Source: Candidatus Omnitrophota bacterium
GTDB taxonomy: Bacteria; Omnitrophota; Gorgyraeia; Velamenicoccales; JABMQK01
Assembly (NCBI GenBank): GCA_042570265.1
Contig: JBHPGU010000013.1
Coordinates: forward strand, 20,435 to 52,434
Direction of reading: 5' to 3'
DNA: 32,000 bases
The translations under genes were made by a program, and so were the position numbers. This document shows positions 26,127 to 32,000 of this stretch, piece by piece (positions within the stretch are counted from its first letter, which is position 1; every line of letters starts with the position of its first letter). Under the pieces are notes generated by a model. It saw only the letters and a list, made by a program, of their open reading frames with translations, made no database searches and had not been told where the DNA came from.

Positions 26127-26145
26127 GCAAACAAGGAGGGTGTAT

Positions 26146-26571
26146 ATGAATAAAAGAGTTAGTTTTGTTTTGGTCATTATTTTGGGCCTGATAGTTTTTA
26201 TGGCTGCTTGTTCGAAGGGCGATGAGGTATCTTCGAAATCGGTGTCAAATGAAGTTGTTCAGGAGGCATCTTTGGTATCGGTGTCAGGTGAAGTTGCTCA
26301 GGGAGAAACATCAGCAGAAGTAGAAATTGCATATGCTAAAACGTTATCTACCACGGCTGAAAAGGTTAGTTTTTTATTGGGTCAAGCTGGTGCATTCTAC
26401 GATGGAGCAAACAATTCAGAGCGATTTCAGAATACGATCGATATAGCGCAGTACATATTGCAGTACCTTGACGCAGATTCTCAAGAAGCCAAAGATTGGA
26501 TCGCAAAAGCAAAGGAAGCATTGGTTTCGAGTGCTTCGGATAAGACCAAGGATGTTAAAGCTGGGCAGTGA
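26146..26571 (+). CDS. Lipoprotein, paralog family member P2 (function unknown)
   Basis: The ATG at 26146 lies 6 nt after AGGAGG. Signal peptide with a lipobox-like FMAAC. The C-terminal domain is near-identical at nucleotide level to P3 over long stretches. Confidence 0.7.
   Translation: MNKRVSFVLVIILGLIVFMAACSKGDEVSSKSVSNEVVQEASLVSVSGEVAQGETSAEVEIAYAKTLSTTAEKVSFLLGQAGAFYDGANNSERFQNTIDIAQYILQYLDADSQEAKDWIAKAKEALVSSASDKTKDVKAGQ
26230..26307 (+). repeat. 39-bp in-frame tandem duplication inside P2
   Basis: Copy 1 is tcttcgaaatcggtgtcaaatgaagttgttcaggaggca and copy 2 is tctttggtatcggtgtcaggtgaagttgctcagggagaa. P3 carries a single copy. Confidence 0.8.
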
Positions 26572-26650
26572 TGAGAAATTAGGAATTCTTGGACAGCAGT
26601 ACAAGCGAAAAGTTAAGTAGTCACTTTATATGGATGCATTAAATAGATAG

Positions 26651-26705
26651 ATAGCAAGGCAATCTTCATAATTTTAATACAGGAGAGTGCCTTGCTATTT
26701 TATTA
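26651..26705 (+). terminator. Possible terminator after P2 (long-loop hairpin plus T-rich tail)
   Basis: ATAGCAAGGCA pairs with TGCCTTGCTAT (11 bp) across a 26-nt loop, followed by TTTATTAT. Confidence 0.35.
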
Positions 26706-26819
26706 TATATTCTATGGTTAGATTGGGTTATGAGTCCGGATAGCGTCAATTATAGACCTAAGTCTTGTTTCCAGTTAGAGTTATAATTTTTGGCAAAAAA
26801 ACAAAAAGAAAGCGCTACC

Positions 26820-26848
26820 TTGACATTTTTTGAATAATATGGTATACC
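26820..26848 (+). promoter_or_regulatory. Candidate promoter (TTGACA-17 nt-TATACC) ahead of P3 and the EPS export genes
   Basis: CCTTGACATT matches the -35 context of the 25240 promoter. The -10 hexamer is weak. Confidence 0.3.
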
Positions 26849-26853
26849 TTAAA

Positions 26854-26991
26854 CTAATGTATTTTCTGAATAAATTTAAAAAGCATTATAATTAATAAAA
26901 GAGAACTCATGTATCTGCAGCATAATAGGAGAAAAACAGTTGTGGCGATTGCAGCATCCTCGCTGTCATTCTTTGTTCTTAATAGTTACCC
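26854..26991 (+). repeat. Segmental duplicate of 27351-27500 (3' tail of P3, intergenic region, and first ~31 codons of the barrel gene)
   Basis: Compare CTAATG..TTCTGAATAAATTTAAAAAG..ATGTATCTG(C/A)AGCATA..GTGGCGATTGCAGCATC..TTCTT..TAGTTAC in both copies. The upstream copy lacks the CAAGGAGG RBS. Confidence 0.8.
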
Positions 26992-27001
26992 GAGGGCGTA
27001 T

Positions 27002-27370
27002 ATGAATATAAGAGTTAGTTTTGTTTTAGCCATTATTTTGGGCCTGATAGTTTTTGGGGCTAGTTGTTTGGAGGGTGATGAGGTATCTTTGGTATCGGTA
27101 TCAGATGAAGTTGCTCAGCCAAAATCATCAGCAGAAGAGATCATTGAAGAGGCTAAAGAGTTTTCTACCACGGCTGAAAAGGTTAGTTTTTTATTGGGTG
27201 AAGCTGGTGCATTCTACGATGGATTCTACAATTCAGAGAAATTTCAGAATACGATCGATATAGCGCAGCACATATTGCAGTACCTTGACGCAGATTCTCA
27301 ACAAGCCAAAGATTTGATCAAAGAAGCAAAGGAAGCATTGGTTTCGACTGCTAATGCACCTTCTGAATAA
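27002..27370 (+). CDS. Lipoprotein, paralog family member P3 (function unknown)
   Basis: The ATG at 27002, preceded by GAGGG, aligns with the P2 start (GAGGGNGTATATGAATA). Signal peptide with a lipobox-like FGASC. The ORF track extends it to 26909 through a duplicated fragment of the next gene's signal peptide. Confidence 0.65.
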   Translation: MNIRVSFVLAIILGLIVFGASCLEGDEVSLVSVSDEVAQPKSSAEEIIEEAKEFSTTAEKVSFLLGEAGAFYDGFYNSEKFQNTIDIAQHILQYLDADSQQAKDLIKEAKEALVSTANAPSE

Positions 27371-27416
27371 ATTTAAAAAGTATAATAATTAATAAGTAAT
27401 TAACAAGGAGGAACCC

Positions 27417-28613
27417 ATGTATCTGAAGCATAGCAGGAGACTAACAGGTGTGGCGATTGCAGCATCTTTGCTGGTATTCTTTATTCTTACTAGTTACTCG
27501 TACGCTCAAGAAGGCACTGGATTTTCAGCTTCCTTGGCCCTTACTCAGACATATGACGATAATATTTTCTCTCGAGATATCGATAGAGAGAGTGACTTGA
27601 TAACTACAATAAGTCCGGGGTTTGAATTAGCGCCAAAATTAGGCGATCATAAACTTAGTATTGGCTATCGAGGAGACTATCACTATTTTTGGAATCACTC
27701 CAGTGAGGATAGTTTAAATCATACTAATGATATTAATTTAGAGCTATTCTTTAGTAAATTTCGTGTTGAATTAGATAATAGGTTTCGTCATTTTTCTGAT
27801 GCTGCCGGTCAAGAAGATGTCAACCGAATCCCCCGCACCCAAGACCACGCCAACGCTAAATTTATATTTGAATTTAATAAGTTAGATTTAACGTTAGGAT
27901 ATTTATTCCAATATGAAAACTACCGTTCCGATAGGAGTATTGGCGCTTTCTTAGGCGCTCCTCTGACTTATCAAGATTTAGACAGGCTCGAGCATACTGG
28001 TGAGGTAGAAACAGCATGGAAGTTATGGCCTAAGACTGCCTTATTGTTTGCCACGCGTTTCGGCGGTATTCTTCACCGCACAGGAGGTAAGAGCGATTCA
28101 GACTATTTTGATATATTAACAGGTATACGAGGGGAGCCTTCGGCAAAGAGTACAGCGGAATTTAAGATCGGTTATCGAAATCAGAGCTATGAAGATAGTA
28201 TCAATTCATTTCAAAGCCTTATAGCTTTTGGTAGTTTAATCGAAAATCTAACCTATAGGGATGTTTTGCGTTTTGATTTTATGAGGACGAGTTACGATAC
28301 AATTTATCAAGGCAACGCCTACTATGAAGTTAGTTTTTTCGGAGTTCAATTCGAACATGGTTTTACTGATAGATTTTCCGGGAATGTAGCTCTTTCCTAT
28401 CAACTCGATTCATATCCTGTCGAAACAACTGACATCGGCCAGACTAAGAACAGAGCAGATGACATTTGGAAAGCGGGATGCAGCTTAAAACACAAGACTC
28501 CAAAAGGATTTACTGCGGAGTTGAGCTATGAGTTCTTAACGAGAGATTCTAACTTTTCGCAATATGATTATAAGAATAATCGCCTGTTTCTTAGTCTCGG
28601 AGTTGAGTTTTAA
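27417..28613 (+). CDS. Outer-membrane beta-barrel protein associated with the polysaccharide export locus
   Basis: Signal peptide ending SYSYA-QE. Alternating amphipathic strands with aromatic girdles throughout. C-terminal beta-signal LFLSLGVEF ending in Phe. Strong RBS AAGGAGG. Confidence 0.7.
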   Translation: MYLKHSRRLTGVAIAASLLVFFILTSYSYAQEGTGFSASLALTQTYDDNIFSRDIDRESDLITTISPGFELAPKLGDHKLSIGYRGDYHYFWNHSSEDSLNHTNDINLELFFSKFRVELDNRFRHFSDAAGQEDVNRIPRTQDHANAKFIFEFNKLDLTLGYLFQYENYRSDRSIGAFLGAPLTYQDLDRLEHTGEVETAWKLWPKTALLFATRFGGILHRTGGKSDSDYFDILTGIRGEPSAKSTAEFKIGYRNQSYEDSINSFQSLIAFGSLIENLTYRDVLRFDFMRTSYDTIYQGNAYYEVSFFGVQFEHGFTDRFSGNVALSYQLDSYPVETTDIGQTKNRADDIWKAGCSLKHKTPKGFTAELSYEFLTRDSNFSQYDYKNNRLFLSLGVEF

Positions 28614-28639
28614 TTATAATAAAATAATAAAAAGGTTAT

Positions 28640-29233
28640 ATGATGGGAAGATTTAAAATATTCAGTGGACTAATTGTATTCTTTTTGGCATTAATGACAA
28701 TTATTGTGTCTTTTGTAAACGCCCAAGAAACAGACTATCTCTTACAGTCGGAAGATATTTTGCAGATTACTGTTTATGAACAGGAAGACCTCACTGTTAA
28801 AGCACGGATTACTTCAAAAGGGGAGATTTCCTATCCTCTTTTAGGTAAAATAAAGGTTATTGATTTAACAATTAGTGAAGTAGAAGATAAGATTACAGAG
28901 CTTTTAGCCGCAGATTACCTTTTTAATCCACACGTTCAGGTTTTTATTGAGGAGTATCGTATTAAACAAATTTCAGTGATGGGTTCAGTAAAAGTACCGG
29001 GTAAATATGATATGTATCCGGAAAGAGAAACTACTGTATTACAGGCAGTTGCTATGGCCGGCGGGTTTAGTGATGTGGCCAGTATAAACAACACAAGGAT
29101 AATCCGCGACGTAGAAGGAATTCAAAAAGTTATTCCCATCAGGGTTTCGGATATTACCAAAATGGGCATGAAGGATAAGGATGTTGCGCTTGAGCCAGGT
29201 GATATTGTATACGTTCCCGAGAGTTTCTTTTAA
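28640..29233 (+). CDS. Polysaccharide export protein (Wza-like: Poly_export plus SLBB domains)
   Basis: 197 aa with a signal peptide. Contains DYLLQSEDILQITVYEQEDL...GEISYPLLGKIKV...LTISEVEDKI, then VSVMGSVKVPGKY and LQAVAMAGGF, typical of the family. Confidence 0.85.
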   Translation: MMGRFKIFSGLIVFFLALMTIIVSFVNAQETDYLLQSEDILQITVYEQEDLTVKARITSKGEISYPLLGKIKVIDLTISEVEDKITELLAADYLFNPHVQVFIEEYRIKQISVMGSVKVPGKYDMYPERETTVLQAVAMAGGFSDVASINNTRIIRDVEGIQKVIPIRVSDITKMGMKDKDVALEPGDIVYVPESFF

Positions 29234-29245
29234 GGAGAGTTATAA

Positions 29246-30904
29246 ATGCAGCAATTTGAGAGAGAAGTCCATCTTAGCGATTACTTACGCATAGTAAAAA
29301 ACAGAAAGAAAGTTTTAATTACATTTTTCTTTATCACGGTCCTTATAGTTACTGTAAGCAGCTTCACTACAGATCCAGTCTACCGTGCCACTGTTACTTT
29401 ATTTATTGATAAGGAAAGCCCTGACGTGTTAACCACTACGGGTCAGGTCTCTTTGGGAGTAGAAGACTACTATACTTATAAGGAATACTTCCAAAGTCAG
29501 AGGGAAATAATAAAAAGTGTCAGTATCGTCAAAAGGGCATTTGAAGAATTTAATCTTGGTCAACAAAAAGCTTATTTGAATGCTAAAACCCCCTTAAAAG
29601 ATTTTCTGGATACAATTAAGGTGGATGTTATACGTGATACACGGCTTCTCCTACTAAGCGTTGATAATGAAAATCCTCGCCTAGCCGCAGATATAGCTAA
29701 TCGTATTGCCGAGATGTACGTTTTACGTAACCTATCCTATATTACCAAAACTGAAGTTTTAAATCTTCTCAAAAACGAATATTTGAAATTGCAAACAAGA
29801 CTTTCTGAGTACTCCAAGATTTATAAACATAAGCACCCTAAGATGGTCCGTCTTCAGCAAGAGATAGGGCAGATGACAGAGCGGCTTAAATCAGAGAAAG
29901 ATAAAGTAGGTGACTATGAGATTGAAGAAGTCCCTTCAATGACTACCTACACGTCTAGTTCTGTTCTTTCTGGGCTTAAGGCTAATAATATTGTTATTCA
30001 AGATCGAGCCCAGGTCCCTGTATTGCCTGCAAGACCTAATAAGCGCTTAAATATTCTCATGTCCATGATAGTTGGTTTGTTAGGCGGGTTAGGATTAGCA
30101 TTCTTCTTTGAATATTTAGATGACACTATAAAGGGTGTTGAAGAAATTGAAAGATTAGTCCACTGGCCTTTTTTAGGCAGTATACGTAAATTTGAGGTTG
30201 GCTCCAAAATTTCTGAAAGAGAAAAAGATATTTTTGTGCATATTAAACCCAAAGACCCTACATCTGAGGCTTATAGAGCTATTCGGACTAGTGTACTCTT
30301 CTCAATTACCGAGGAACATCCCTTGAAAAGCATCGTCATAACTAGCCCCGGTCCGCAAGAAGGCAAGACTATGACATTGTGTAACATAGGTATTACCATG
30401 GCCCAGAATAGAAGCCGCGTGCTTTTAGTAGATGCCGATATGCGTAAGCCCAGGCTGCATAAAATATTCAAAAAGAAAACTAAAATAGGTTTGAGCAGTT
30501 TTCTTTCCGGACAGTCTGGTTTCAATGAGGTTGTTCAGGAGACGGATATAAACAACCTTTTTTTAATTTGTAGTGGTTTTCACCCGCCCGACCCGTCAGA
30601 ATTAATATCTAGCCGCAAAATGGAGGATTTCATTAAAATAGCCAAGGAAAGTTTTGATTTCGTTATATTCGACACCCCTCCTATGGCTGTAGTGACTGAT
30701 GCGATTATCCTTTCTAAGGTAGCGGATGGGATAGCTGTAGTGTTAGAGAGCGGTAAAACCAGGAGGAGGATGTTGCCTAGGATAGCTAAAGCTCTTCAAG
30801 AAGCAAGAGTAAGAGTAATTGGTGTTGTGCTTAATAAAATTTCCTTAGGTGGTAGTGACTACCAGTACTATAGTTCCTATTACGGAAAGCAAGAAACAAG
30901 CTGA
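29246..30904 (+). CDS. Polysaccharide biosynthesis tyrosine autokinase / chain-length regulator (Wzc/GumC-like)
   Basis: 552 aa. N-terminal Wzz-type domain with 2 TM helices and a coiled coil. Walker A is SPGPQEGKT, Walker A' is VDADMRKP, Walker B is VIFDTPP. C-terminal Tyr cluster YQYYSSYYG. Confidence 0.9.
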   Translation: MQQFEREVHLSDYLRIVKNRKKVLITFFFITVLIVTVSSFTTDPVYRATVTLFIDKESPDVLTTTGQVSLGVEDYYTYKEYFQSQREIIKSVSIVKRAFEEFNLGQQKAYLNAKTPLKDFLDTIKVDVIRDTRLLLLSVDNENPRLAADIANRIAEMYVLRNLSYITKTEVLNLLKNEYLKLQTRLSEYSKIYKHKHPKMVRLQQEIGQMTERLKSEKDKVGDYEIEEVPSMTTYTSSSVLSGLKANNIVIQDRAQVPVLPARPNKRLNILMSMIVGLLGGLGLAFFFEYLDDTIKGVEEIERLVHWPFLGSIRKFEVGSKISEREKDIFVHIKPKDPTSEAYRAIRTSVLFSITEEHPLKSIVITSPGPQEGKTMTLCNIGITMAQNRSRVLLVDADMRKPRLHKIFKKKTKIGLSSFLSGQSGFNEVVQETDINNLFLICSGFHPPDPSELISSRKMEDFIKIAKESFDFVIFDTPPMAVVTDAIILSKVADGIAVVLESGKTRRRMLPRIAKALQEARVRVIGVVLNKISLGGSDYQYYSSYYGKQETS

Positions 30905-31023
30905 TTTAAATAAATAGATTATGGCAACTTATCATCCCACAGGTTTTTTTTGAGCCTGTTTTTTAAGCAGACTATATGTTGTAATAAATATCATTAAATA
31001 GTATTAAAACAAAGAATAGGGAG

Positions 31024-31218
31024 ATGAGAAAGATGGAGAAGAGAAAATTACTGCTAACAAAAGAGGCAGCCGATATCTTAAGGATAAGCGAGGAGTATCT
31101 TCGTTCGCTTATAAGAAAGAAGAAACTGGCTGCTTACAAAGAAGGCCGTAGAGGCGGATATCGTATTTCGGTAGACGAGATCGATAACTATATCTCAAAG
31201 AGATACGCTGTAGGCTAA
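31024..31218 (+). CDS. Small helix-turn-helix DNA-binding protein (excisionase/MerR-like HTH_17 type)
   Basis: Contains LLTKEAADILRISEEYLRSLIRKKKLAAYKEGRRGGYRISVDEIDNYI, the pattern of excisionase-family HTH domains. The ATG at 31033 has better spacing to GGGAG and may be the true start. Confidence 0.7.
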   Translation: MRKMEKRKLLLTKEAADILRISEEYLRSLIRKKKLAAYKEGRRGGYRISVDEIDNYISKRYAVG

Positions 31219-31311
31219 ACTCATTTTTTTAAACAGCTTTATGGCGGTAAGTATTAAAAGAATAGGGTTTTAGATTAGGAAAGCTATTATTTCTAAAGAG
31301 AGGTTAGTGTG

Positions 31312-32000
31312 ATGAAAAATAAGAAGATTTTAGTTAGTGGCGCAGCAGGTTTTATCGGCAGTGAGTTTATCAGGCAGATCGTTAAGCTTGGCTATAGAAT
31401 TGTGGTAGTTGATAGCCTTACTTACGCTGGAGACCTGGCTAGATTGAGGCAGGTAAAAAGAAAGATTAAGTTCTATAATCTCGATATTTGTAATAAGAGT
31501 AAGATAAATAAGGTGTTCAAAGACAATAAGCCAGCAGCCGTAGTCCATTTTGCAGCTGAGACACACGTGGATAGAAGTATCTTAGGCAGCGACTCTTTCG
31601 TCAAAACAAATATTGAAGGTACACAGAACCTCCTTGATGCCTCCCGTCTATATAATGTAAAGAGATTTATCCACATTTCAACCGATGAAGTATATGGCGA
31701 TATTAAGAAGGGAAAGTTTATTGAATCGTCAGTCTTGAACCCCAGCTCTCCTTATTCAGCATCCAAGGCAGCCTCAGACCTATTGCTTAAATCCTATGTT
31801 AGAACATTTGATTTTCCAGGGATAATTGTCCGGCCGTCGAATAATTATGGACCGTGGCAGTACCCTGAAAAGTTCGTCCCCGTGATTATGTACAAAGCAT
31901 TAAGCAATCAGAAGATTCCTGTATATGCTAAAGGATTAAATGTAAGAGAGTGGCTCTATGTCTCTGATTGCGCAGCTGCAATAATAAAGATTTTAAATAA
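31312..32000 (+). CDS. rfbB: dTDP-glucose 4,6-dehydratase (partial, runs off the window end)
   Basis: My own translation gives MKNKKILVSGAAGFIGSEF...HFAAETHVDRS...STDEVYG...SPYSASKAASDLL...RPSNNYGP. These are the SDR extended-family GxxGxxG and YxxxK motifs and the RfbB blocks. It is absent from the ORF track because no stop is reached. Confidence 0.9.
   Translation, partial: MKNKKILVSGAAGFIGSEFIRQIVKLGYRIVVVDSLTYAGDLARLRQVKRKIKFYNLDICNKSKINKVFKDNKPAAVVHFAAETHVDRSILGSDSFVKTNIEGTQNLLDASRLYNVKRFIHISTDEVYGDIKKGKFIESSVLNPSSPYSASKAASDLLLKSYVRTFDFPGIIVRPSNNYGPWQYPEKFVPVIMYKALSNQKIPVYAKGLNVREWLYVSDCAAAIIKILN

Overview
AT-rich (roughly 40% GC by eye), densely packed and almost entirely plus-strand chromosomal segment. 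It comes from a diderm bacterium: an LptF/G permease and an outer-membrane barrel ending in a C-terminal Phe are present. Gene content and codon style suggest an uncultivated lineage, but I cannot assign a taxon from sequence alone. Left to right: lptF/G (partial) and comF on the minus strand; pyrE; an M48 lipoprotein peptidase overlapping a TMTC-like GT-C/TPR membrane protein; tRNA-Leu(CAG); the carboxy(nor)spermidine polyamine pair (nspC plus its dehydrogenase); a GIDE-domain/EF-hand membrane protein with LemA; an AEC transporter; smpB followed directly by ssrA (tmRNA); a lipoprotein-led trehalose operon (treZ, GH57/DUF3536, treY, malQ); a signal-peptide pcm; a decayed FAD-oxidoreductase remnant; a short ArfB-like rescue factor; fxsA; two MscS-type channels; three paralogous secreted proteins interleaved with a beta-phosphoglucomutase-like HAD hydrolase; and a polysaccharide export locus (outer-membrane barrel, Wza-like, Wzc-like tyrosine kinase, small HTH, rfbB running off the window). 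There is no CRISPR array, transposase, integrase or recognisable defence system. The most unusual signals are non-coding. (1) A tandem array of hairpin modules lies right after ssrA. The stems show compensatory changes, and each module starts with a box complementary to the tmRNA 3' terminus. (2) Another copy of that hairpin sits in the leader of the HAD gene, whose promoter and leader are paralogous to those of an mscS-like gene. (3) The tmRNA tag frame is atypically long. On the coding side, a recently duplicating, repeat-expanding secreted-protein family next to the EPS export genes, a GH57 enzyme in the slot usually held by TreX, and the GIDE(EF-hand)-LemA pair deserve follow-up.
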